Shown one piece after another: positions 37,815 to 48,348 of a stretch of DNA of 64,000 nucleotides. The stretch is from positions 5,248,001 through 5,312,000 of the forward strand of contig CBDCJO010000002.1 of NCBI GenBank assembly GCA_965217865.1. Direction: 5' to 3'. Source of the stretch: Candidatus Latescibacterota bacterium (GTDB lineage Bacteria > Latescibacterota > UBA2968 > SICM01). The notes below the pieces were generated by a model that had not been told where the DNA came from, ran no database searches, and saw nothing but the letters and a program-made list of their open reading frames with translations. How positions within the stretch are numbered: the stretch's first letter is position 1; every line of letters begins with the position of its first letter. The position numbers and the translations under genes are program-made.

Positions 37815-38612
37815 CTATTCGGGAAACTTGGTCTTGAAATCTGTTATGGCGGATTCCTTTTGTTCCCTCGTGAGCTGTAACGCCCCCCTCAAGTCGGCCC
37901 CGTTAAGGTTTGACCGCAGAAGGTTGGCATCCTCCAGATCAGCACCGCTCAGATCAGAACCCTGCAGATCGGCATCTGACAAGTTTGCCTTTTTGAAGGA
38001 GGTCTTCTGGAGATTCGCCCTCCTGATGTTGGCGCCTTGTAGATCAGCGCCCTGAAGATTGGCCTCCTGGAGGTTGGCTCTCCAGAGAAAGGCGGACTGA
38101 AGATTTGCTTCACCAAGGTTTGCCTCCGAAAGATTGGCTTTCCAGAGAAAGGCCTCCTGAAGGTTGGCTTTTTTCAGATTTGCTTTTTTCAGATTCGTCT
38201 CTCGAAGAAAAGCCCTCCAGAGTGAGGCCTCCGTTAAATCAGCCCGGCCAAGACTGGCCTGCATCAGGTTGACTTCCTGGAGGAAGGCCCCCCACAGGAT
38301 CGCTCCCCGAAGATCCGAACCCCTCAGATCAGCGCCCTGAAGATCGGTCTCCTGTAAATCGGCATCTCGGAGGAGTGCGTTATTAAGATCCGCCTTCCCG
38401 AGGATTGCACCACGCAGTTGTGCCTGGAACCCCTCCTTCCGATCAGACTCCAACCACTTCCGGTGGGCTTCCAGAATGTCCACCAACTCATCTTTGGATA
38501 ATTCTCTTAATTCCGAACTGGGGGCCTGAAGAATCTCTTCCAGTTTCTCGGGAGAGAGCTCTCCGAAATGATTGTTGTGGATAACCTGATCTTGAGGGCC
38601 GTCTTTCAGCAT
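37815..38612 (-). CDS. Pentapeptide repeat protein
   Basis: ILEAHRKW N-cap; ~35 pentapeptides. Confidence 0.9.
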   Translation of the reverse strand: MLKDGPQDQVIHNNHFGELSPEKLEEILQAPSSELRELSKDELVDILEAHRKWLESDRKEGFQAQLRGAILGKADLNNALLRDADLQETDLQGADLRGSDLRGAILWGAFLQEVNLMQASLGRADLTEASLWRAFLRETNLKKANLKKANLQEAFLWKANLSEANLGEANLQSAFLWRANLQEANLQGADLQGANIRRANLQKTSFKKANLSDADLQGSDLSGADLEDANLLRSNLNGADLRGALQLTREQKESAITDFKTKFPE

Positions 38613-38732
38613 TATTCAACTCCAGACGGAAATCGGATCTTAGAATCTGGTGGTGAAACTCCTGTGCGTCTACAGCACATATTTTTTCTTTTAAGTTTCG
38701 AACACGATCTTTCGTCCATCCATCCGGACGGT

Positions 38733-39200
38733 TTATTCCTCCGAATCATGTTCGTCCTCAAGGATCACCTCGAGTTCCATCCCAATCTTTGTTTTGGCCA
38801 CCTCTCGAAACGACTCCTCCTCTTTCTTGTCGAGTTTTAAAAGGATGGATCTCGTTGTGTCCGGGGTATCGTAGCTGATGGTGAACCAGTGATTCTTTCG
38901 CTTCGAAAATAGGGTGAAGGGGGTCAACAAAATGCCGACCACGCCTCGTTTGTGTTTCGACCGTTCATAGATCAGATCATTTATGGATTCATAGTGAACG
39001 GTTGTTGTATCCGGATAGTCCTCTTTTTTGCCCGTGATAACCAGGGTGGTGTCCGTGAAGTCTACGATCACGGGGTATTGGTTCGATTTTCCTCCCTCTT
39101 TATCGATCACGATTTTTGTTTTCTCGAAGGCGACGTCCTCTGCCGCTGCAAGATTGCCGAATAGTATGAAAAAAGCCAGCCCTCCTGCCAGCTCCTTCAT
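38733..39200 (-). CDS. Hypothetical secreted protein
   Basis: Signal peptide (LAAA-E); RBS AAAGGGGA. Confidence 0.75.
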   Translation of the reverse strand: MKELAGGLAFFILFGNLAAAEDVAFEKTKIVIDKEGGKSNQYPVIVDFTDTTLVITGKKEDYPDTTTVHYESINDLIYERSKHKRGVVGILLTPFTLFSKRKNHWFTISYDTPDTTRSILLKLDKKEEESFREVAKTKIGMELEVILEDEHDSEE

Positions 39201-39511
39201 CCATGTCCCCTTTCGTCATCCGTAAATAACCCAAGTCCCCACCCAACCAGGTCGCCTCTCCTCCCGTACGGAAGCGGAGATCGTCCGTCCTCTTTCGCCA
39301 GGTTCTTTACGCAATTTAGGTTGGGAGATATTCGATGTCAAGCGAAATAAGGAGGTGTAAACAGGGGTTTGACGGGCTAAGGGCGGCTGAAAAATGTGTT
39401 CCTTTCTCCTTCCGATCGTGCAAAGGATTTTCACGATCGGCATAAAGGGATACCCGGATACCACCAGGATAACCGTATAGAAATTACCTCCTTGAAACCT
39501 GCAACGAGATT

Positions 39512-39527
39512 CGGCACAGGTGTTGCA
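39512..39527 (+). promoter_or_regulatory. Sigma-54 promoter (-24/-12)
   Basis: CGGCAC-AGGTG-TTGCA upstream of the cohesin/dockerin genes. Confidence 0.65.
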
Positions 39528-39574
39528 TCAGGAGTGGAGTCAGAACCGCAACCCGATTTCAGCGAGTTATTTCT

Positions 39575-40779
39575 ATGGGACAGTTTCGCATTCAAGCATG
39601 TCTGTTGATCCTCTGGTTCGCCGATGGATCGGCGCAATCATCCGTCGAACTTTCGAAGCCCTCTATCGATTTCGGAATAGCGCGGACCAAGAGGGCGGTG
39701 ACGGACACGGTCGGGGTCACCAACACGGGAGTTGTGGACATGTTTGTGGAGCGTATGGATATGCGGACCACGACTTTCGATCTGCCGCCTGAGGGTGTGA
39801 CATCCGGACCGTTGAAGATTCGGGACTGGCGAATCTTGCAGGGGAGGGTGTTGTCCTGCCGTTGAAAGCGGGGGAGACGAAGATCAGGGCGGCCGCCGGT
39901 GAGGTTGTGAGTCCGGATGCGGTCCTTCGAATCGTAGCCCGGGGTGACCTGAATGGGATTGCGGATGTGGAGGTCTCAGATGTCCTTCGGATGATCGATA
40001 TCATCCTGGAGGTCTCTCCGGAGCCGACCCCCCTTGAATTGAGTGCCGGCGATATGAATGGGGACGGGGGGATCGATGTCCTGGACCTCACGTGGATTAT
40101 CGACATGATCCTCGGAAAATCAGGACCCCCATCAACGAAATTCGCTGGCGTGACGGGATGTCGTTATGAGGTGAATGTGGGGGAAGAGGATGGCATGGCA
40201 GAGCTTATCCTGGATTGTCCAGAGGCCGTTCGGGTCGTGCAGATTGACTTGGTTGGGATTGAAAAAGGGATTGCGTCGGTCGGGGTTGCAGATGGGATGA
40301 CCCTGGCATACCACCAAATTTCTGAGGTAAAGACTCGTGTCTTGCTCTTCAGCCTGGAAGGAAAGGTTATTCCGCCGGGGAAGGGTCCGATTCTTGAGTT
40401 TCGAAAGGACGGGTGGATCGAGGAGTTGGTGGTTGCCGGCCGGAATTTTAAAGAAACGGTGTTGCAAAATGGGTTGCGGGGGGAAGAGGCCGGAGCGGAT
40501 TTCGGTTTTCGCCTTCGGCAGAGTTACCCGAATCCGGCCAACGGCGCTGTTGCGATCGGGTACGACGTGCCGGAGGCACTGGAGGTAAGCCTCGAGATCT
40601 TCGACCTGTTGGGTCGAAGCGTGATCCGATTAATGAAAGGGTATAGTTCGTCCGGCCGTCACCTCATGACTTGGAATGGAAAAGATGGAAAAGGACGGGG
40701 GGTGGGAAATGGGGTCTATTTCATTCGGCTGAAGGCCGGCGCTTTCGTCGACGTAAGAAAATTAGTCTGGTTAAAATAG
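39575..40779 (+). pseudogene. Broken secreted protein: signal, partial ASH, Big_2, dockerin, cohesin-like, FlgD-Ig/T9SS-like CTD
   Basis: Frame changes near 39800; GDLNG..DVEVSDV / GDMNGDGGIDVLDL; QSYPNPAN...WNGKD..G..VGNGVYF. Confidence 0.75.
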
Positions 40780-40804
40780 CACGTCCTTTCGAGGTCATCT
40801 GAAA

Positions 40805-43360
40805 ATGCGTTATAGGTTTCGGATTCCGGTTCTGTTCGCAGCCGTCTTATTGTCGGAATCAGATCTTTCAATCGGGCAAACTACGGAAGACACACTCTCG
40901 GTTGAACACGGGACCTGGGGGATCGCGGAGAGTGTGTCATTGGGGATCGCACTGGTCAACCACAGAAGGGTGGGAGGCGTTCAGTTTGATCTCGTGGCCG
41001 AAGGAGGCTTCATACGATGGGGAGCCGTCCGTCTCGAAGAGAGGTCCGCGGGGATGGCGCTCCATAGCCGAATCATCGGAGACACCCTGAGGGTGGTCGT
41101 GATCGATCCCGGCCGGAAGGCGGTCCTTGAACCGGGATCCGGTACGATCGTGACCGTCGGGGCAGATGTCCTCGGAAGGTCCGGGGATGTATCCATTGAA
41201 CTGCACGGTGTTCGGATATCCGACGATGGCCATCCCCCGATGCTACACGATGCCGTGGCTTCACCCGGACGCGTGAACCTGGTGTCCAATCTATTCAGCC
41301 TTCGGGATAGTGCCGAGGTCGTCCATATCGTCTTGTCTAACGTGGATCCAGTCGCGGGAGCTCAGTTCGACCTGGTCTACAATCCGAGCGAAGTCGCAAT
41401 TTCGGAGATTCGCGTGTCGCCCAGGAGTATGGGGATGACCACCTACAGCGCCACGGCAAATCCTGGGCGGACCCGGGTGATCCTCGTCGACGTTCAGGGG
41501 TCCGGTTTGGTTTTCCCCGGGGATGGCCCGGTGGCAGAGGCAACCTTTTATGCGATTCGGTCGGGCCAGGGTAAAAAAACTCCCATTGACGTTGAGCGTG
41601 CCCTCGCGTAGAAGGGGACGGGAGGGATTCCATTATCGGGATAGCCTTCAGGTGAATAATCTGGATGGGGGTGCGATTCGCCTGAGTGATGCGCCTCCGG
41701 GGTTCACAATCGACGATCGGATCCTCGAATGGCGTCCGTCCTCCACCGGGGTATGGTCCGTTGTCGTCGAAGCCGAGGATCCGAATGGGGGAAGTGCAAC
41801 GATTTTCTGGGAGATTGTGTCTCTACCAATGCCCTCTTTGACAGTGGAGGAGATCCTTGCCGATCCTCCCCTCGGTGCGATTGGGGATGCGAATGGGGAC
41901 GGCAGGAGAGACGGCCGTGAAGACGAGTTTATCGAGCTCATGAACCGCGGTGTGGATACGGCTTCAATAGGAGGGTTGGCGCTGGGGCCGGAGGGGACTC
42001 CCCCCCACCGGCTTTTTCGATTCCCGAACGGGACTTCGATTCCCCCCGGGAGCCGTCTTCTGTTGTTTGGGGGTGGAAGTCCCGGGGAATTTCCTTGCCC
42101 CGTGTTTGTAGCGGGAGGACGAATCGGCAAGGGGCTGTCCGCCAACGGCGCTACGGTTGTTCTGATTGATTCTGCGGGTCCAGATACATTGATCCGCGTT
42201 TCCTACCCCGCGGGCGCGGGCGCGCAGTCGTGGGCTAGGCCAACCGCCCAGGATTCTTCTGCAGGTTTGGGAGGAGGGCCCTTCGTCCTTCACAGTCACT
42301 TACCGGGAAGGGGTCGCTTCTCCCCGGGACGGAGTAGGCCAACCCTGAAATCTATCGCATTGATAGCAGAGTCGACGATGGTCGTGGGCGACCGGCGTCA
42401 GGTCCGGGTATTCGGGTTTTTTGACGATGGAGTGGAGGAGTCGCTAACAGGACGGGTTCCTCTAGCGGTTTCCGATTCCTCTATTATTAAGATAGAAGAT
42501 GACAGATGGTTGGTCGGCATGGGGGATGGCATTTCACGGGTAAGCGCACGGTTTGGGGAGACTGAAGGAGAGGCACGGGTTCTGGTGATACCCGTTGAAA
42601 CCATTCCGGCCGATTTTGCAGAGGTGCCTTCAGGAAAGGAAGGGGGAAATCCTGGCGATCGAGCAGGGGTCGAAAATTCCGATACCCTTTCCGGGGTGAT
42701 TCCCGTGAAAGATACCGTTGCGGTTGGATCCGATTATCGAATCCGATTGGGTTCCTTGTTGGGACCATCGGTAGAATGGGAAGTCAAGGATAGACCGGAA
42801 TGGATGAGCGTGGAGGAGACGACCGGGGAACTGGTTGGGAAGCCGCCCGAAGCGGGCGTATTCCGGATCGTTCTGTCCGTTCGAGACAGCACCGGATCGA
42901 CTTCAACTGTTGTTATCCACCTCGAGGTCGAGACGGAGATCGAGGGTCGGGGAAGAGTACCTCCCGGTGAAGAATCATCCTCCCATAGCGGGGTTGTAGA
43001 ATTGGACGGTCAGAGGCATGGGGGAGAGGGAGGCCCGAATGATCCTAACGAGGAACATCGCCCGGTCGAAAAAGGCGATACATCCACTGTTGACAGCAGC
43101 AGGCCAACCCTGTCTCTCAATTACCCAAATCCTTTCAACACCAGTACTGTCCTGCGCTGTCGTTCGCCGACCCCGGGAAAGCTCGTTATCTATACACTTC
43201 TGGGTCACCGAGTAAAAAGTTGGCAAAACTCAACCGTGACTTTGAACAGTCGTGGGATGGAAGAAACGAGTCGGGACATCTTATGCCATCGGGCACCTAC
43301 TTTCTCGTGTTCACCGGGGGGGGTGTTCGATCGGTCAGGAGCATCACGTTGCTCAAGTAG
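40805..43360 (+). pseudogene. Broken secreted multidomain protein: two cohesin-like domains, Ig, lamin-tail domain, Big_2, He_PIG, FlgD-Ig/T9SS-like CTD
   Basis: VGGVQFDL and VAGAQFDL; TAG/frame break at ~41610; EILADPP..GDANGDG..DEFIEL; NYPNPFN. The CTD is frameshifted, with the true end SITLLK* at 43360. Confidence 0.72.
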
Positions 43361-43447
43361 GAGTCTAATCGGGCCTCTAAATCACGAAGAGGCAACCGGA
43401 AATCGATATCATTGATACGACTTTCACCAATTGGAAGGAGGCCAAAA

Positions 43448-43705
43448 ATGGCACAGCCGGAGATGGTTTTCAAGAACGGAGGGTGTAACGCGGCGATTTT
43501 CTCGAAAGAGATTACACGGGGGGACAGGACTTTTGAGATCCGTTCCGTTTCTTTTCAGAAGCGTTACATGGACAAAGCAGGGGAGTGGCAGACCTCGTCT
43601 TCTCTCGACGTGAACGACCTCCCCAAGGCCGTACTGGTTATCAATAAGGCTTACGATTATCTGACCTCCAACGGCCATCGGGAAGCGGACGCAGAAGAGG
43701 CTTAA
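43448..43705 (+). CDS. Small PC4/Whirly-like putative ssDNA-binding protein
   Basis: RBS GAAGGAGG; VSFQKRYMDKAGEWQTSSSLDVNDLPKA...AY. Confidence 0.65.
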   Translation: MAQPEMVFKNGGCNAAIFSKEITRGDRTFEIRSVSFQKRYMDKAGEWQTSSSLDVNDLPKAVLVINKAYDYLTSNGHREADAEEA

Positions 43706-43721
43706 TCGTGTACGACGGAAA

Positions 43722-43757
43722 CAAAAAGGGCGTGTCCGGTTTCGGACACGCCCTTTT
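43722..43757. terminator. Bidirectional intrinsic terminator
   Basis: AAAAGGGCGTGTCCG-GTTT-CGGACACGCCCTTTT. Confidence 0.85.
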
Positions 43758-43776
43758 CCGTTCCAAAAAATAATCC

Positions 43777-44136
43777 TTATTCGGTCGGCCCAGCTGGTTG
43801 CGGAGGCGATGGTGGGGTTTGAGGGGGAGTTTTCTCAGGCTGTTCCAATCGAGGTTTATGAAGCTCCTCTTTGATCAGAACGCCGGCTTTGAAGTAACTC
43901 TTTTTTCTCGCCGGAACATAGACGATCTCTCCGGTCCGGGGATTTCGGGCTGCGGGTTTCGGCTTCGTATTTTTTACCCCGAGTACACCAAATCCTCGAA
44001 TCTCGATTCGATCCCCGCGAATCAAACTGTCTCTCATCGCATTGAAAAGACTATCCACGACTTCGTATGCGAGCTGTTTCTTTACCCCGACCTCCCCCGC
44101 CACCCGAAGTGCCAAATCTTTCTTTGTAGTGGTCAT
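43777..44136 (-). CDS. HU/IHF family DNA-binding protein with Pro-rich tail
   Basis: TKKDL, IEIRGFG, ARNPRTGE, FKAG. Confidence 0.93.
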   Translation of the reverse strand: MTTTKKDLALRVAGEVGVKKQLAYEVVDSLFNAMRDSLIRGDRIEIRGFGVLGVKNTKPKPAARNPRTGEIVYVPARKKSYFKAGVLIKEELHKPRLEQPEKTPPQTPPSPPQPAGPTE

Positions 44137-44509
44137 ACAACTCCCTCCTCTAAGAGTCATCGAGTTCAGGGGTTCGGCTCGAAGGCCCCGGATCCCTTAC
44201 TCGATGCTCTCCCGTAATTGCAAATAAATATACCTATAACCATTCAATGGACAAGAAAAAAGAGAGGTGTAGAAAAATGTCTTTGATTTTCGAAAATGAA
44301 GTGGGAGGTTTTTCGATGGGCGGTTGCAGACTACAAACCTCAGGGGTTTAAATCCTGATGCACAGTATACAATATCCAAACCGGATTGTCAAGTGTCTGA
44401 TTGGGTAAAAAATCAACCGTCGTCAGAGCGGATATCCCCTATCCTTATAAACCCCGTCTTCACGAGTCTTTCTTTGGATTTTTGATCGAGAATCTGGTGC
44501 TAAAGTCTG

Positions 44510-44900
44510 TCATGCGTGATCCAGTTTCCAGACAGGAAAGTAAAAGGGGAATATCCGATTAAGGACTTCGCCGGCAATGCCGGTGTTTTCCAGAGGTCCG
44601 ACGAATTTCTTCGGTAGTCCGGATGCGTGATGGTGGCGCTGATGATTCCCATTGTGAATTGATCTTTTGAGGCGCTTGACCGTGCGGGGTGCGACCGGCA
44701 CCTGAGACACGATCACCCCGTCCATCTTGATGACCCGCATGTATTCCAATTTCGACGGATCGAAAATAAGCGGGTAATCGGTCCGGATATCCTGAGATGT
44801 GCCCTTCCTGAAGGTTTGATTGATCAGGGAGACAACCTCTTGAAACTCTGCACGCAGGCAAGCACGCGGCCCATCTATGGTGTCCAGGTTTTTCGTTTCC
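44510..44900 (-). pseudogene. Eis-like GNAT acetyltransferase remnant (frameshift plus large deletion)
   Basis: DGPRA...LIN.TF...YPL; shifted frame gives GIISATITHPDYRR, then a jump to the C-terminal LNRIFPFYFPVWKLDH. Confidence 0.7.
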
Positions 44901-44953
44901 CATTGGTCAGGAATTGTAAATTTCACACTATTCTGATGAATTGACATGTCAGG

Positions 44954-45769
44954 CTATTCGTTAAAAGCCTGATCGAAATCTTTTCTTATTGCCTGGTAGC
45001 CTTCCTTCAGGATGATGATGGCCGCGCCGCAAGAGAAGAACTGTGCTCCGGCTTCATTGAAAAGGCGCGCCGCATGACTCGCATCAGGAACCGGTTGGCC
45101 CCAGAATTTGTTGTGTTTCTTGGCGGACGCAGCGACCAGTTTTTGGGCTTCCTTCATCTTCGGGTGATCGAACTGGAGGGGAACACCGAGCGACTGGGAC
45201 ATATCCCCGGGTCCAAAGAAAAATCCGTCAAGTCCGTCCATTCTGGCGATTTCATCGACGATGTCAAGCGATTCCTTGTCTTCCACCTGAAAGATGACGA
45301 ACGTTTCCCGCAACGCCCAATCCATGTATTCCGCCATGGGAGCCAGGCTGTACTTGGCTGCCGCTTCCACCCCATCCATACCCCGCAACCCTTTCGGGTG
45401 ATAACGGGAAAATTTCAGGGCCCACTCTGCCTCCTCGAGAGTACGGATGTGCGGAACCATGATTCCGGTTCCTCCGGCCTCAAACGCCCGGTAGAAGGAA
45501 TGATCCCCTTCTTTGCGTATCCGGATCATAGGCTCCATTCCGGAAGCACGAGACGCGAGGCACATGTTGAAAACCTGGTCGTAAGAGTAGTCCTGATGCT
45601 CCATATCGATCCATAGTGCATCATATCCGATCAGACCCATCATTTCGGATATCTTGGGTGATGGGTAAGGGGTGGAAGTACCGCACAACACATATTTCCC
45701 TCCCCGAATCCGCTCCAACACCCGATTCGGACGAAGCGTGGCGCGTTCCTTTCGGTCGACCCCAGTCAT
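44954..45769 (-). CDS. HpcH/HpaI aldolase family protein (intact)
   Basis: WIDMEH, GIMVPH, PKGLRG, QVED, GPGDMSQSLG. Confidence 0.92.
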   Translation of the reverse strand: MTGVDRKERATLRPNRVLERIRGGKYVLCGTSTPYPSPKISEMMGLIGYDALWIDMEHQDYSYDQVFNMCLASRASGMEPMIRIRKEGDHSFYRAFEAGGTGIMVPHIRTLEEAEWALKFSRYHPKGLRGMDGVEAAAKYSLAPMAEYMDWALRETFVIFQVEDKESLDIVDEIARMDGLDGFFFGPGDMSQSLGVPLQFDHPKMKEAQKLVAASAKKHNKFWGQPVPDASHAARLFNEAGAQFFSCGAAIIILKEGYQAIRKDFDQAFNE

Positions 45770-46074
45770 TCGGATGTCCTTTCGATTTTGAGTGTTTGAG
45801 ATTACAGGGTTCGTTATTTATGAAGTTATTGGAGAAGAAACAAACGGAATGATCGGAGAGATTGTCCGTTTATATTTCGAAGGGGACAATATACAATCCT
45901 GTATCTGGATTTGTCAAACAGGTTTAATCGGTAAAAAAGTGGGGTAGGGTGCGGAGTTGGGGAAGGGAAACCGATTGGATGAGCCGTTGTAGGACCGGTC
46001 TCCGACCGAGGGTGCTAATGGTATGGGTGGTTTCAGGTGAGGTTTAAAGAAGCTTTCAACGGAAAGGGAAGGGT

Positions 46075-46878
46075 CTAACGGTGGGAGGGATCGGTGTCCT
46101 CGGTTTCCGTACCGAATCGCTTTTTTCCTAAGGTTTCCATCCGGTGAAACCTTTCGGCCTCCAGGGACTTGTCCACTGCCTGTTGTAATCCCTCCGATAC
46201 ATAACTGGGAACTCTCGAAATGAAGAAATTGGCGATGGATCCGATGAGGCATAAAACAGCGACTATCGCGTAGATTTTGAGTTTCCTTGAACTCCGGTGT
46301 TTGCGCCGCCGCCGGCGCCGGTGATAAGTGAAGTGGTCTGATTGTGGCTCAAGATCCCCGGAATTTTGGGGCGGTGTTTGAGTTCGGTCGTAGTTTTGAG
46401 GGCTGGGGGCCGGTGCCGCGGTTTGAGGAAAGGCTGTTTCAACCGGGCCCGGGTTCGGTGTTTCTACCGGGGTGGGAGTATCCAAAGAAAATGGTTGGAC
46501 GACCCTAAGGATTTTTGAAACCAGGTCTTGAAGGCTGAATGGTTTGGGGGCGAAATCTTCGACTCCCAAGGTTTCCAATTCTTCAATTTTCCTTTCGCTT
46601 AGATGCGCGGAGATAATGATAACAGGCAGATTGAGACCTTCTTCCCGGATGAAATCCAGGACAGATTCTCCCTGAACTGTGGGCATATGAAGGTCGAGGA
46701 GGATGAGGTCCGGTGGATCGTGGGTAATCAGGTCGATGGCCTCGGTCCAACTGGAGGTTGTGATGGCTTCGAAGTTGCAGGAACGAAGATGCTGGTTCAG
46801 CAACTTCAGGACGACGGGCTCGTCATCGAGGACCAGGATTCGTTTTGGTTTGAGTGCGGTGTACATGATTTGTTCCAA
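46075..46878 (-). CDS. Receiver domain + Pro-rich linker + poly-Arg + TM (membrane-tethered response regulator)
   Basis: ILVLDDE/DLILLDLHMP/PKPF, then RRRRRRKHR and LKIYAIVAVLCLIG. Confidence 0.88.
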   Translation of the reverse strand: MEQIMYTALKPKRILVLDDEPVVLKLLNQHLRSCNFEAITTSSWTEAIDLITHDPPDLILLDLHMPTVQGESVLDFIREEGLNLPVIIISAHLSERKIEELETLGVEDFAPKPFSLQDLVSKILRVVQPFSLDTPTPVETPNPGPVETAFPQTAAPAPSPQNYDRTQTPPQNSGDLEPQSDHFTYHRRRRRRKHRSSRKLKIYAIVAVLCLIGSIANFFISRVPSYVSEGLQQAVDKSLEAERFHRMETLGKKRFGTETEDTDPSHR

Positions 46879-46889
46879 GGTTAATCGAC

Positions 46890-47486
46890 TCAGCGCGCCA
46901 GGAGTTCATTGATAAGGACGATGAAAGATCCGAGCAAGCAGGTAAGGGCGATTCCCAAATAGGGTTTAAGGTTATTGAGTTGCAATCCACGGTGAGGATG
47001 TTCGACATTCTTTGGAGACGGGTCAGGCCTGTCAATCTCAGGATTTTCAGGCAAATCCTCTGGTAGGGAGGGGGAGAAGACCTCTGGAATGAACGGAGCC
47101 GGCTGATCGGACTGTCCAAGCACCTTCACCACGGTCGCAACAAGCTCATCCAGTAAAAAAGGCTTTGTTATGAAATCATTGGCGCCCTGCATGCGGAGAT
47201 ATTGCATTTTTTCATAGTTGAGAAAAGAGGAGACGATGATGACCGGCAGGTTGGGGCATTCCTCCTTGATAAAGTCCAGAACGGTTTCTCCCTGAATCGT
47301 GGGCATCTGGAGGTCAAGCAGGATGAGATCAGGCGGATCGTAGGTGACCTGTTCAACGGCGTCGGTCTATTTATCCGTTGAGAGGGTCTCGAAGTTACAC
47401 GACCGAAGATGATTGTTGAGCAATTCCAGCATATAGGGTTCGTCATCGAGGATCAGAATGCGTTTGAGCTGTGAGATGGTTTCCAT
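46890..47486 (-). pseudogene. Receiver + linker + TM paralogue interrupted by TAG (TGG to TAG)
   Basis: ATG 47486 METISQLKRILILDDE...STDK*TDAV; the paralogues have W at this position (SQWTEA, SSWTEA). Confidence 0.85.
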
Positions 47487-47547
47487 GATTCTTTTTCTCC
47501 GAGGTAAAGATCACAGGTTAAATTCTCTTGCTTCCACCATATGATTA

Positions 47548-47563
47548 TGCAATGCCTGTGCCA
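47548..47563 (-). promoter_or_regulatory. Sigma-54 promoter (-24/-12) for the receiver operon
   Basis: Minus strand TGGCAC-AGGCA-TTGCA, full consensus. Confidence 0.75.
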
Positions 47564-47765
47564 GAAAAATCGACCTGCTGATATCCATTTATTTAAAACG
47601 GACTTAAAATCATTTCGCTCGGAAAAAACCGGAAGCCTGGGTTGGATTTATCAAGGATTATTAGCAACAGTTGCCAAATCCGAACTCCCGAAGAGATAAT
47701 TTTGTTATCTGCATTCTCCGTTTGAAATTTTACTTTTCAAGTGACTGCTCACCTGGCCATTTGCC

Positions 47766-47794
47766 TTGACACAAGTCCGCTTTGCGGGTATCAT
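47766..47794 (+). promoter_or_regulatory. Sigma-70-type promoter of yajQ
   Basis: TTGACA-N17-TATCAT. Confidence 0.7.
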
Positions 47795-47817
47795 AGCGCA
47801 GAGGAAAGGAGGTCCAG

Positions 47818-48312
47818 ATGGCACCAGAGGCTAACTTCTTCGACATCGTGTCGAAAATTGATACTCAGGAGGTTCGAAACGCCGTGGACCAGGCCCAAAA
47901 AGAAATCCGGCAGCGATACGATTTTAAGGGGAGCAAGAGCGCCATCGAGTTGGTTGAGGACGAATTGGTTCTGGTGTCCGACGACGAAGGAAAGCTCAAG
48001 AGTGTGGTCGATGTTCTGGAATCCAAGATGGTTCGAAGGAAGATTTCCATGAAGGCCCTCAACTATGGAAAGATCGAGCCTGCATCGGGGGGGACGGTGC
48101 GACAGGTGGTCGGGTTTAAACAGGGGGTTGATAAGGAGAATGCGAAGCGGATCACAACCATCGTCAAAAACTCCAAATTGAAGGTTCAGGCCCGGGTCCA
48201 GGACCAGCAGGTACGAGTCACGGGTAAAAAGATCGACGATCTCCAGACCATCATCGAAATGGTCAAGGAGGCGGACCTTGAGATACCGGTCCAGTTTGTG
48301 AATTACATGTAG
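47818..48312 (+). CDS. yajQ: YajQ family nucleotide/c-di-GMP-binding protein
   Basis: [27 protein letters not shown]. Confidence 0.95.
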   Translation: MAPEANFFDIVSKIDTQEVRNAVDQAQKEIRQRYDFKGSKSAIELVEDELVLVSDDEGKLKSVVDVLESKMVRRKISMKALNYGKIEPASGGTVRQVVGFKQGVDKENAKRITTIVKNSKLKVQARVQDQQVRVTGKKIDDLQTIIEMVKEADLEIPVQFVNYM

Positions 48313-48348
48313 ATTCGATACAATACGAGTTATAGAGGAGATAGGTAG

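Noticed and set aside
36674-38612. Qnr quinolone-resistance genes
   Set aside because: The caps and lengths are those of generic pentapeptide proteins; no Qnr-specific features were recognised.
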